Origin: Takakia lepidozioides
Taxonomy: Eukaryota > Plantae > Bryophyta
Reading direction: 5' to 3'
Length of the DNA: 64,000 bases
Assembly (NCBI GenBank): GCA_030704615.1
Contig: CM060732.1
Span: 57,722,001 to 57,786,000 of the forward strand
Below the pieces are notes generated by a model. That model was not told the DNA's origin. It saw only the letters and a program-made list of their open reading frames with translations, and did no database searches. Each line of letters opens with the position of its first letter. Within the stretch, counting starts at the first letter, position 1. This document shows positions 39,543 through 52,838 of the stretch, one piece after another. The translations under genes were made by a program, and so were the position numbers.

Positions 39543-42500
39543 GAAGCAACTCCAGTAGCCAATGGGCACCAACCTAGCACGAACCCAGCAGAGACTGACT
39601 TGAGTAAGTCAGCAGGAGAGCCTGCAAAATACTCGACTGGCCAAGATGGTAACATTTACCATGCTCCCACTGGGACTCACTTGCAAGATTCAAGCCTGTA
39701 CATGATGCCTGTTGATATCAAACCTTCAGAGGAGTGGACCACACATGAAGCTCCAAATGGCAAGCTATTCTACCACAATGTGTCGACAGGAACAACACAG
39801 TGGGAGAAACCGGCCTCCTTGGTTGTCAGTGAGTCTCAACAATATGCACAGGTGGCTCTTAAGTACCTCTTGATCTGTTCAATGTGATGATTCTCTAGCA
39901 GCTCCTTATTAGGCCATACTACTGTTTTTTCTGATTTCTGCATGTTATATCAAGTGAGAATCTTACATCGTGGATCTGCATTCATGTATGTTGTGACCGA
40001 TGCAAATATCAAGGAAGAGCAACAAGACTGTTGAGAAAATTTTGATGCTCACTGCCTATGTTGACATACCCAGCGTTTCGTATGCCAACCTGATTCTTAT
40101 TATTAGTTACATTTGGGACCTTATTTTGAGACATTCTGGTCAAGACATACATAAAAAATGTATCAAACTCTAGACTGATTGTGTGGCCCCATTCATATAT
40201 CATTGTGTAACACCTACTAGTCAAAGTATGTGTAATCACTCGTGTTTTCTTCTGTTGACAGGCTCAAATGCAACAGCTGTCTGTTCAAGCACAGGCAGTG
40301 CAGGCCAACCCAGGGCAAGTAATGCAGGGGGCGCAAGCTGCTAGTCCACAAGTCAACCAAGCTCAAATGCAGCAACACCCTCACACACCCCAGATGCCAT
40401 TGCAGCAGCAGGCTGGAGGACAAATGCCGCAAGTCTCAGCCCAGATCCAGCAACCGCAGCCAACTATGGCACAAATCCCACAACCTGTAGCTCAGACTCA
40501 GCAACCTGTAACACAAGGACATCTGGCAGGTGGACAGCACCCAGGAGCCTATATGACTCACCCTGGAGCACATATGCAGCATGCTGGTGTATATGTCCAG
40601 CATCCAGGAGTATATATGTCACACCCAGGAGCCTACATGCACCCTGGATCTCACCTGCAGCAACCTGGGGTATACATGCAGCACCCAGGAGGCCATATGC
40701 ATCAGGCAATTGCTCAAACACAGCCCTCTGTTGCACAAGTTCAGCAGCCTCCAACGATAGCACAAATGCAAACACCGGTTATGCAACCTCCTCTCCTCCA
40801 ACTTCAGGGACAAGCTCCCCAACCTGCATCAGCAGCCCAGCTGCCTCCCACCCCAATGACCTACACAATGCCTGGAATGATGCCACATCAAATGCCAGCT
40901 CAGATGCAGCATGTGGCACAGCAGTCGCAGCTACCTCCGTTAATGCCACCCCCTGTGGGGCAGCAACCTATGCAGCCATCTGCCCAATCCCAACCCTCTC
41001 AACCTCCAGTGGCTCCTAGACCTGGGGCTTACCCTGCTCCCACAACACAGCAGAGGAACTCCCAGCAATCTCAGGGCCCATCCCGCGCACCAGCACAGGT
41101 CTCTCCATCGTCACAATCGCAGTCACAGTCGCAATCCCAAGTGCCGTCTTCCCAGCCACCGCATACTCCCCATGGTATAAGTTTTTGACTTACCTCATGA
41201 ATGTTCTTCAACTTATGCAACTTATGCAATTAAAAAACTATTATTCCAGTGTCATTATTTGTTTCCCATCGTTTTGAGTCTTTATTGCCAAGTATTTATT
41301 TCACATCTCATGGGTCCATTAGCTGTATTTCTTCATGTTGTTCTGTTACACTACATCTTTATTGCTTTCTCTCTCTTCTCTCCTCTCTCTCTCCAAACCT
41401 CGGTGGATGCGGGAGTTCCTGTGGGGTCAATGGCCATAAGGCTTTGGCAAGCCTCGCAGGGAACGGCATAAGTACATTCTCTTCTCCCACATACGCACAG
41501 CTTATCTGCATGAGGTAGTTTGTATTTGGTTGACATTTGGTGTATAATGTAGGATTTATCTTGTTCTTCAATGGCCCTGGGAGGCTTGGGTGGACATCCT
41601 TTCTGCCTTCTGTGTCCTATGACCCATAGTAAATCCATTTTTCTCCTTTTCCTTCTCTGTTTTTCTTCAGACCCCTCTGGATGTTATGAAAGTTCTTTTT
41701 ATTAACTTTCTTTTGCTCTTTTATAAAGTACCATTGCATTTCATTTTATTCTTCTTTCTCCTCTGTCCCAATGGCCCTCTGGTGCTCCTGTATTATGTTC
41801 TGTCTTGTTCTTCTCTCTTATAGGTATTTAGGACTTCTTTTTCTAGTTGTACATGGTAGTGCTGAATGCCAGCTGCCTGTTGGTTTGATGCAAAAGGCCC
41901 TTGTTGTAACATGTATCTAGGGTTCTAAATATAAATCTGGCTGGTCGGTTGTTGTAACAGTGTCTGCGCCTCCTGTGATACATCCAAGACCACAAGTTTC
42001 TGAGACAGCCACTCCTGTAAAATCAGCCCCTCCACCTCCTCCCACTGCAACCACTGGACCTCAAGGTGACTAGATGTATCCTATCTTGCAAGTTCACTGA
42101 GTGAGATAGAGGGTAGTAGGGCCAGTAGAATGTTACCTCAAATTGAAGTTAGGTCTTTAGTCCGTACTTATATGGGGTGGTTATGGTACCAGGAACAAAT
42201 GGAGGATTAGATGTTACTGATTCTCCAATGTTGGACGTTGATTTCTTTAATCCGTAGAGGTTACATGGACTGTTGATAACTCTACATTAGTGTGCTGCTG
42301 GTTTCTTTGCTCCCTTGGTGTGATTAAGTTTGTGTCCAAGCAGACTGCGGTTATCTCTCAACTGTGAGTTTTAAGTTAGCAGGCTCTCGCAAGATATAAC
42401 AGACATTGCAAAGCTTGATTATCTTTCGTCATGAGAAAATTGTGTTTATGTGAGCACATTATAAATAATGAGCTTGATTGAAGAGAGATCAGTTTGATGC

Positions 42501-45500
42501 TGTTTGCGACTGTTTGCTGAGTGAATATCTTGTGGTGGCTTATGGGGGTATTTGATAGGTGCCAATCTGTTCGTGTTCGGCATTCCTGAAGATATGGGTG
42601 ACAAGAAACTGGCAGAGTTGTTTGCTCCCTATGGCTCAGTTGTTTATGCCAAGGTTGGGGTGGAGAAAGATACAGGTCGCAATCGAACTTATGGTATGAG
42701 ATCTTTGGTCGAAAGCCTAATTTCTTTGATTAATATTGAACTTAATTCACATCTTCCAGGGTCAGAGATAGTTCCTGGGCCTCCACGTGGATATCATTGA
42801 TACCTACCTGTAGTAAAATCTAAAATTGCTTTGCTATGTGTTGTGTTTCATCCTTTTGAATGAAGAAAGTAGGTGTTCTACCCGGAATGCTTATCATTCT
42901 CCACCAACAGTCTCTCGCTCTGCTTCGTTCACATAGTGATGAAGTTGCCCAGCGTGTAGATTCATTTTGTGCTTCCCTAGTGAGTTCTGTTTCCTTCTAG
43001 ATGAGGGAACATACTTCAGGGACTTGGTGATCATATGCATGACAGGAAAGTAAAGTTCCTGAGTGTCAGAGCAATATTTCGTTGTAAAATGCCCGTATCC
43101 CCAGGTCTTGTAAGAACTAAACCTGGTCTTGAGGACACATGTCTCAAATGTAGGTGTTTGGCCTACAGTAAAGTGGCCCTAGCTTCCAGCAGTCAATGGT
43201 GAAGGCTAGTGGGCCCATATTGTAGATGTCAAAATTCACTGGTGACATATGTTCGAGCAATAGGTTCATACAGAGCTGTGGTTAACGCATCAGCTTGCCA
43301 AAGTGGATATCTAGGGAATTGAGTATGTGGAGGATTATGGTTAAGAAAGTGCCCGGTTGGCTTTTCATTGTGATGTTGGAAAGTGTGCACCTCCTGATAG
43401 AATGCAATAGCCCTGACTGATAGAAGTTGTTCTGACCTGCATCTTTATAGTAGCAAGGATTCTTGATCATCACTCAAAAACCACCAGTTTACTACAGTTG
43501 CTCGAAATTAACAAAATCTTCTTAAGCTATCAACAAGTTTGATTAGTAACGGAAGTTGGCCAGGGTTGATTGAGGGAGGCTTTAATAACTTGCATAGGTG
43601 CACAAGCAATTCTTCACCAATGCTTTTACAAGGTGTTAATGTGTAGTTTGTTAACCTGCCATTCTATCGTGTGATTGTCAAGGATATCACTACTTTGCCC
43701 TGCCTGTGCATGATAAAATCATCCTTGAAGTGGTATAGATTGCCTGCACTAGAGGGTCATTTGTTTATGTTAATGAGGACTTGGACTTAGTTTCCTAAAA
43801 GTTAGTGGTATCCTTGAGGCTGGCAGCACCCACTGTGGCCCATCGTTATAGATGTTTAGTACTGCAGCTTCAGGTAGTGACTTGGAGTTCCTCTTTGGTG
43901 GCTGATATTAAATCCATCAAATCTATTGAAGGAGTATACAGGGGAGAAAGGCACATGGAATAAGATTTGTAACACAACCCATGATTGTCTGGAATGATTA
44001 GTACCACTGATTATGCTTTATGTATGACTATGTGCTGTGGGTCTTGGTTCCATAGTTGATGGTCCTTAATAGAGGATCCGTATGTAATAAAAATATAAAA
44101 GGCGTATAGTCCAGGAATCATGATAGCAAGGATGAGAACATACTCCTAAAGCAGTGGTGGGACATGAAGCTCTGGAACATTGATGGCAGCTGCCATCCAA
44201 GAGTACCTTCCTCTTGTTCAGGGACGTTTTACAAATAATCCTTCTGTGACTATCTGGAAATACGAGGATCTTTTGTTGGACTGGCTAGCAATATCTGCAT
44301 GGCATAGTGCTGGATATACATCCATGAAGTCCTGATGGGATTTTGATGGCAGCTGCCATGCAACATTATTCAGGGATATGTGATTAGAAACCTTTTGGCT
44401 ATCTGCAAAGATCAGGGCTTGAGAAATCATGCTCAGACAAATGAGTGACTGGAGGCGTTGATTGTGTTACCTTGTGAAAACAGGTGATAGCAGTCTACTT
44501 GTAGTAGCCGGTGGGATCAGAATGTGGTTTACATGTAGAGTGTCACTACAGATGTTACTACGTTTGTTGGGTGGAAGCTGGTCAACGTCTGGGATGTAGC
44601 AGTGGTTTCATCTTGACAAACCATGCACAGGTGAAAATGCACAGACAAGAGGGTCTGGAGGCAGTGATTGTGTTACCTTGTGAACAAAGGTGATAGCAGT
44701 CTACTTGTAGTAGCCGGTGGAATTCGAATGTGGTTTACATGGAGAGTGTTACTCCACATTTTACTACATTTGATGAGTGAAATCTGGTCAATGTCTTGGA
44801 TGTAGCTGTGGTTTCATCTTGACAAACCATGCACAGGTGAAAATGCATGGACAAGAGTGTCCGGAGGCAGTGATTGTGTTACCTTGTGAACAAAGGTGAT
44901 AGCAGTCTACTTGTAGTAGCCGGTGGAATTAGAATGTGGGTACATGTAGAGTGTTACTTCACATTTTACTACATTTGATGAGTGAAATCTGGTCAATGTC
45001 TTGGATGTAGCAGTGGTTTCATCTTGACAAGCTATGCACAGGTGAAAATGCACAGACAAGAGTGTCTGGAGGCAGTGATTGTGTTACCTTGTAATCAAAG
45101 GTGATAGCAGTCTACTTTAGTAGCCGGTGGAATTAGAATGTGGTTTACATGTAGAGTGTTACTCCACATTTTACTACATTTGATGAGTGAAATCTGGTCA
45201 ATGTCTGGGATGTAGCAGTGGTTTCATTTTTGTCGCTTCTTTGATGTTCTTGGCATGCATGTTGCTAGTGAACTCTGTCTCAAGTAGAGGAGGCTCTTTA
45301 TGTTGCTTCCTTGGTCCCTACCTCATATTTAGATAGACCTGCATAAACGTGGTCACCAAAACCTGTTTGCACAACTCTTAGAAGTATGTGGCCATAAAGC
45401 TGAAGGCCCCTGGTGAGGATACCGGAACCATCAGTAGTAATTGTCCACATGCTGTGGGGATGCACAGGGCCTTGGACAGGTGGGTAGTGTCCGGTGGTCA

Positions 45501-46879
45501 TCAAACCATTGTCTCTATCTGCATTTAGAAAATAGTTTACAATGTCATTTCTCCAATTATTGCTTCATGTGTAGTGAAGTTGTTCTCCACTTGACAGGAA
45601 ACACTTATTTGTTTTTTAGGGTCAGAATAGCACATGGAACAGTCTTAATCCATTGATTGGGGAGAAAGGAAGTGTTAGTGGGAAAGGGTATATGAGAGAA
45701 CTTGACAAGAAGAGAGCTTAAAGGGTCTCTTCTTGACTTGTACTTCCTTAGTATGATGGATGTGCTCTGGTGCTGGAATCAGTAGCAGGTCCTCAATTTG
45801 TTATTTAGGTTATCTTTTCTGACCTGCTCTTCAGATCAGAGTAATATTAACCTCTGGGGTGCTGGACTAAGGAGTGGCCCCCTAGTGGACTGTTACGTTC
45901 GGTTTGTCCAAGCACTCTGTATGGTCACATTGCTGGCATCTTTGGTAAGATGGGACTGGCTACATCTTAGTGTTGCTTATTTTAGGGGGGAACGTATGAT
46001 TATAGTAGTGGAAGAGAACTAGAATTCCAGGGGTATTTTAAAGTGATGGTGGTGCTGCAGCTCTTGAATATCCCCTTATGAAGTTACATTTTACTTCAGT
46101 GTTAAAGAATGCTCACACGGGCAGGATCCCGACAGCCCTAAACAAGCCTGTAGGGTTAGTCAACATGATGTCTCCTAGCAATAGTAAAACCTGTTCCTTT
46201 GTTGCAAGTATCACATCTTCCTTAAATTGCTGCACAGTACACAATTGTGGAAATCACTGCTAAATGCTCATCTCTTTAAGTAACTAGTCTCTTGGACAAG
46301 AACATGCTATCAGGCTTAGCTTTCAAGGACTTCATCAGAGGTGAAGAAGACAGGTTGTACCCAAAAGTTGCTGTGATTGACTTATTAGTGAACAAATTAT
46401 ATGGGATGGTAGTGTTTCTATACGAACAGTCCAAACTGGTATCAAATATATATTTCTTGGGATAGAGAGGCATGCCATGTTTTATGGCACACTAGTGAAT
46501 CAAATCTTTCCCTTGTATTGTACATTACTGTAAGTGAGATAGCTGCCACCCCCTTCTCTTTCTACCCATCTCATTTAGTCTTGTTCGTGTGCCATCTGGA
46601 ATCACATTTGTATCTGGGTCCGGGGGACACCTTCCTCAAGCAGGTTTTGTGTCCATGGATTCATCACAAGCTGCAGAAGCAGCTATTCACCAAGTGAATG
46701 GTATGTCTCTCTCTGGCAAACGCATCAAAGTGGAGTTGAAGAGGGGAGACACAGAGGGCCAAGGCCAGCATCAGCAGCAACAACAACAATCTCAACAACA
46801 GCAAACACCATCTGGGGGGGTTGGTCCCACTAGATGGCATCACAACCATAATGCAAATTCAGGCTATCGGCCTTACTAG
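39543..46879 (+). CDS. WW domain + Q/P/H-rich prion-like region + CELF/Bruno-type C-terminal RRM (565 aa); probably the distal exons of a long FLX-like isoform
   Basis: Exons 39543-39851, 40262-41174, 41961-42065, 42559-42693 and 46644-46879 have consistent phases (0,1,1,1). WW: WTTHEAPNGKLFYHNVSTGTTQWEKP. RRM: GPQGANLFVFGIPEDMGD..LAELFAPYG.V..AKV..EK.TGRNRTYGFVSMDS..AA..AI..VNG..L.GKRIKVELKR. Confidence 0.82.
41365..41490 (+). mobile_element. Short LINE-tail-related insertion in a TC-rich tract
   Basis: GGGGTCAATGGCCATAAGGCT (41423-41443) and a terminal AGTACATTCTC match the LINE 3' end. It is preceded by a TC-rich tract. Confidence 0.55.
44451..45228. repeat. Intronic tandem repeat, ~206-bp unit x ~3.8
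   Basis: Units start GGAGGC..TGATTGTGTTACCTTGT at 44451, 44657, 44863 and 45068. Confidence 0.95.
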
Positions 46880-49800
46880 GGATACATGTATGTCCATGAG
46901 CTCACAGTATATGTATCACGTTGGCCACAAAACCCGTTCGAAACAGCGGTCACCTTGATGATTTGTCTGGCTTCGAAAATGGCCATAGTTGAGTAATCTT
47001 AGTCTGATCAGCCGTGTTGAAGTTGAGTTGAGTTTAGGAATTTGTTGGTGTTTTGCATCGTCCATCTCTGAAAGAGCCATGGACTGCAGTTTTCCAGGGT
47101 TGAGGATTGATGATCTCACTCTAGCCTGGATTGGCAACTACAGACCTGCCTCTGTTGCGTCATCATATCCAGGCAGGGATACCCATATTTCCAGTGTGAA
47201 ACAGTGATGGTGCAACAATGATGATCTATCCCTTGTGCGTACCAGGTGGTATACAAGGATTCCTTAGGTTGATGTTGTTACCCATTACCATTGAGACACC
47301 TAATTGGTAGAGTGGCATCCCTACTGCGATTTATTTTTTGTTTGTATGTAGTTCTTCCTGTTTCCAATGCCAGGAGTGAAGGCATACCTGGGGTGAGTTT
47401 TTCCCCCGATGGTAAGCACAATCCAAAGGTGGTTTGATATACTGCAGGACTTTGACGGTCTCTTGTGCCCTAAAAGTTGAAAAATGGCAGCTAAACTAAT
47501 CAAATTCATTTTCTTGAATGGAGGATTAGAGGTTGTTCAATGGGGTTCCTTTCTCTATACCCTCCTTGGTGCTACATTCAGCGTTACTGGTGACCCTAAG
47601 TCTTAAGTCGGAGACTGGACAGAGAGCATTATGGCGCGTATCAGAACAGTGCATGTGATGCACATAAAGATCTGGGATTGTGGTCATTTTTATTGAAGTT
47701 AAAACAATTAAGGTGCTTGTCATTTAGTAGTGCTGTTGTGATAGGTCAACCATGGGGGTATGTAATGTTGCTACTAGAGTAGGACACTCCTCCAAATGTC
47801 AACCCCCATGTGGTTATGGCCATGAATTTGATACATTGAAGCACACTCCCAAAAAAAGTATCTATATCCATCAGGGGATGGATAAAGCTGGATAAGTACG
47901 TACTATGCACCTGAGGATAGATAGCAGGGCCAGCTGCTTGTGAAACTGGATCTACTTCCTAGTTGATGTTCTAGTAGTTTCTGTTGCATTTGCAATTATA
48001 ACAATTGACTGTTATTATTAAGCAGCATGCATGAACTTACTGTCTGAGTGGGAAGTGTCAGAAAAGATCCTTCCACGGTGAACTGACATGAATGGTACGG
48101 TATATTTAAAGGTGTTTTGTCTGCTTGTTGGTAAGAGAGGATGATTTATCAGGCTCTGTTCTCTCCTGAAAATTAAGCTTTTAAAGGATGGAAACTCTGC
48201 GCATGATAGAGTATGCTCTGATGTTAATGGTGGTGTCAAAGTAGACTGGAAATTTTGATGATGTATGGGGAAGCATGTCTTTAAACCAGCACGGAGTCAC
48301 TCACGATCAGCCATTTGCTGGTGTCAGAGTCATACTGTCTTTGTGTAGTGTTACCCCACATTTCAAATTTCAAATTTTATCCACAAGTTCTGTAATCTCA
48401 CCCCAGATTTCAGGTTATATCCAAATTGTGGAATACATGGTGGACCTGTGTGCTCTCATCAATGTCAATATCGAGGTCACTTGATCTTGGTTGCACCTTC
48501 TTGAGCATTCCAAGCATGATTTTGAGGTACCCAAAGTTCAGGCGAAATTAATGCAGGTGAAAACTAATCTGATTTTGAAATTTAATTTGGAGGTAACCTC
48601 ATGGTAGTTCAGACGAACAGTCGCAGCAAGTTCAACTGCCACCAGGGTATCATGATACTGAAAGTTTACATTGCAACATTTTGTCTGACTTTGGGTTGTT
48701 TCTAGTGGCCCCTATTTGCGCAGATCATCCAAGGCTTGTTACAAGCAAGATTCAAGACCTATGTCTCTATCTCAACAAAGTAGAGGTGAAATCAAGACCA
48801 GTTGGTCTCACCTGGGGACAGCAGCAGGAGGAAGTCAAAGTGGTACAAAATGATATTTGCAGGATACATGGGGATCAGGTTATACTACATAGCTGGTATA
48901 TGCATAATTTTAACTCAATCATGACCATGACAATGAGGGAAGAAAAAGAGAGTCATATCAACACTGATTTGATCAAAGATCCCATGATATGCATAATTGC
49001 AATCCATTGGGTTTTGTTTTGGTCGGAGAAGGTAAGGTTTGTCACAATTTCCGATGATATTCCAGCTGAATATGTCATTCACTTCCCTTTTGGAGTACTA
49101 CTCCTGTTGGCTTTGGTTGTCACTTGCAAGCTGGCCGCATCTAAAACTAGTACAAATGGTTGTGAGTTGGAAACTGAAAGTTATAGGCATGTCGTTTAGA
49201 CTGGGTTTTACCTATGTTATGTAGAGATTTTGATGGAGTGTCTATGGTGCAGCTATGGATACTCTCTCTTACATTGTCTTATGAGTACAGTCTTACAACA
49301 TGTAACAATTGAGTGGGTTGTGGCTCAATTCTCTCCACAAAAGTGGCAAGATGAGAAGTGCTTACAAAAATCTACATAATGGTGGATTAAGAACCTAAAA
49401 CGATATAAGGCTTTCTTCTAAAGGGTGTTTGGAAACATTGGCAAGCGCATACTAGTACTAACTACTAACACACACAGATGGAAGAAAAAAGGGATTTTCA
49501 GAGAGGAAGACTTAGTGTTTTTCTGAACTTTACATAAATCACTACCACACCAAGTTCTCAATTTTTCCATCAGCACACCAATGTGACACTTTGTGGACAC
49601 AAAAAAGTATATACTTTTTTATCTTGGACTTTTGTGAAGACCGGTATGAATCTATCAAGCATCAAAACGGCTATGTACCATTGGCTAGAATATGGGTTGG
49701 TAAGATAAGGACTAGTATGCCAAAGATCCTATTGGAAGTACCAACTCTACATTCAACAAATCTGCAACTTTACTTGCAAAGGGAGTCAGAGACTCTAAAA

Positions 49801-50859
49801 GTAACTCTATCCTGTTAGGTGCAGGTCTAAAAGCAAGTCTATGTAAAGATTGCTTTTAGTCATAACCAGAGTAAGAGAGAAGAGTGAGAGAGAGACAGAG
49901 GGGCAGTTTTCATCTCTCTAACTTGTGGTGGTTCTATAGTTGGGTGGAGTCTCTATATTCTCATTTTATTACAAATTCCAGTATATCATGGTATCAAAGA
50001 TTTGTGTGGTGTCAAGTAACATTTCTCTACAGCCAAGACATCAATCTATTCTTGCAAGCTACATCATTTGTCCTGTGACGAGTGAGACTTGTAGGAACAT
50101 ACAGTTTTCCTACACCAAAATCTCAGAATCACAATAAACATATCTACAAGAATTATAGCAGAAAATATTGACTTATTTTGTATATGAGATCTTGCAAGAA
50201 CATATAGATTTTTTGCATATGGTCACACACATGATGAACATTGGAATTTTTTTGTGTATTTTGTAAATTGTTGTTGTTGTCGTCTATCATACAACATTAC
50301 ACTTTTTAGGTTTGTTCAGATATACGTCATACTGATAATTATTCTACAAGATTTTGAAGATCAATAATGAATTCCATCAATCTATTAAGAAATTATTGGG
50401 ATTAGAATTTTCAAATTGGAAAATGAGGATGAGTATAGTTCTCGGTGAGAAAGACCCCTTGGACTATGTGTGTGACAATGATAAAAATAACCCTTGATGA
50501 CAAATAGAAGAGGATAAATTGTATATTCAACCAAGCAAGCAAAACGTTTTTGAGATGTTGTGCAATGTGAAATTTTTATCGTACAATTTCACCCAAGATG
50601 TCTGAGATGCTTATGGAAAGATTTATGATTTAGACGATGCGAATAATCCAATTAATAAATATTTGTTGAACATATGATTTATCATCTTTTGTCTGCCATC
50701 GGTAGGATATTGGTTTTTTACTATCATACACAATGTTCAAAAGGTCTTTCTAGTCAAAACTATACTCATTGCCATTTTTTGAAGTCAGAATCTGAAGTCT
50801 TAATATTCATCAATAGATTGGAAACTACTAATCAGATATATCATCAACCACTATGTGCT

Positions 50860-51230
50860 TTGATGTGCTCCCGTGAGCTCATTGGGAGATTGGCACGTTG
50901 GGCCTTGTTGTTGCAAGGATTCTAATGCACCATACAATACAGTTAGCGCACCACATTGGTGATGTGGGTGGATTGGTGTAATCAATTGATGGGTGGAGGT
51001 CTTCCACCTGATATGGATGTCTTGTCTTAGAGCCCTTTGCTTGAGTAGGTCTGGATATGTTGGGGCTTCTGACCACTAGTAGCTTAGGACATCATTACAT
51101 TGTTGTAGCGACTAAAGTCCTACCATCCAAGTAGATCGAGCTCCTCCCTTTCACCAGCAAGGATAGTACCCCTGTGGTATAGTTTTTCTATGAAAACATC
51201 ATCATGCATCATGGTTGCGTGCAGGGATAG
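50860..51230 (+). mobile_element. Degenerate Ty3/Gypsy fragment (end of RNase H, start of integrase)
   Basis: GRLARWALLLQ, then PF..VGLDMLG and YIVVAT-like remnants with frameshifts and stops. Confidence 0.6.
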
Positions 51231-52019
51231 GGTAAAAGCAGTGCTAGGTCCCTTCACCCTAGATGGGTAGTATTCCCATAATCCGATTGAATGTGACTAA
51301 GAGAAGTAAATTACAACCAAGTGTTTTGGAGCTCCACAACTGGAAACCAACATCAAAATTTGTAGAACTCTAAATCTGATCAAGGAAAATCCCAGATATG
51401 TTTGAGCACATAGTACTCCAGTGCATTCTTTGGACTTTTTGGTAGAAATAACCCAATCTCCACACATTTCCTTGAAAACTCTCTAAATAACCGAGTGATC
51501 ACTTCCATCCTCATCTTTTGACGTGCCACTCCATTTGGGACCATAACATATTGAATTCTTCACAATGTCTATCAAACCTGTCGGAAAATATTTCAAATTT
51601 ATTTCTAGGTGCAAATTCAATTTGAGCATAGTACCTATTCGATGTCTCAAAACCATATCTGGAATCCTAAAGAACACAAACAAATACAAAAGTTAGATTA
51701 ATGACATATCACTGTCCAAATTCATATTTATGTTACAGGTTCTGCCACTATCCAAATCAAGTTTCTATCACATGTTGCACACCACTGATGAACATAAGTA
51801 GGAGTTTGAATACAATTAATCCAAGGTTGGTCACCCAAGGTTATTGCTAGTCACACGGTAACATGTCATGGCGTTTGAGACAATATTGTCCCACAAAATA
51901 TAGGGAAAAATCCAACAATTTATCCATCACATATTTTACATCTACATCAAGAACATGAAGAAGGTCGCTATTCTTCACTTTAAAACTTCACAATTGAGCG
52001 CAAAACCCCTCCGACTGAT

Positions 52020-52430
52020 CATCGAAAAACTTAACCTTGCGTTGGAGGAGCCAAATGACAAATTTGTCGAATAATTTTGGCCAGTAATAAAATGGATCGA
52101 GCATCACAGGAAAAACGGTGTTCATACGCAGTCTCAAGGAGCCTTGTCCGAGGAAGAAGATATTTGTGGAACCGTATTGTGGGCCGAAATGTGACCGTCT
52201 GAAGGTACCATTGAATCCATTCAAGGATATTGAGAAGAGATTATTTGTCTTTGTTCGCCCAAATGATACGGAGACTTTACCTGTTTGGATGGGAATGACA
52301 ATATCGGATGTTGTACGAGATAGAGAAGAATATCGTAATTACAAAAACATTTTTGTGGAGTGGTAGAGACCCAAGAAAGAGGACAATTGTACGGATGCGG
52401 AATTGGAAAAGGGTGTCCTGGGGATACCGG
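52020..52430 (+). mobile_element. Possible degenerate transposon-derived coding fragment
   Basis: ORF 52118..52366 (FVFVRPND...PVWMG..ISDV...IFVEW) looks protein-like and lies among TE remnants. The family is not identified. Confidence 0.25.
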
Positions 52431-52838
52431 GTGACCTAGGGTATAAAGGTACCAATGGTACCCTGGGGTACCTAGGGTATCGTCGTAGGGTTGGATTCCA
52501 GTTTACGTTTGTTGGTAATAATGGCCATGAGGGAGCGGAGTGTGATGAGGTGGATGGCTTTAAAACATTTATGGATAGACGAGATGAGGATTTTGAGGTT
52601 ATCATATAGAGCGTTAATACTGGCATTGCGGATGCCGCCTTTAGTTCCGGCAGTGATGACGGTTAGCGGATGCTCCTGCTATGCTGACGGAGAGCAAATA
52701 TGAGTGGGGCATATTTTTGTCATTTTTTCAAGATTGAGTCATTAGGGTATCTGTCATGGCAATATGTGAATTCAATGAAGTGGATGGTGAGTTGTGGGGA
52801 TGGTAAGGTAGGGGACGTTTGTTAATGGGTATAGGAAG

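Noticed and set aside
44451-45228. Possible CRISPR-like array
   Set aside because: Whole units repeat with no unique spacers and there are no cas genes. It is an ordinary tandem repeat.
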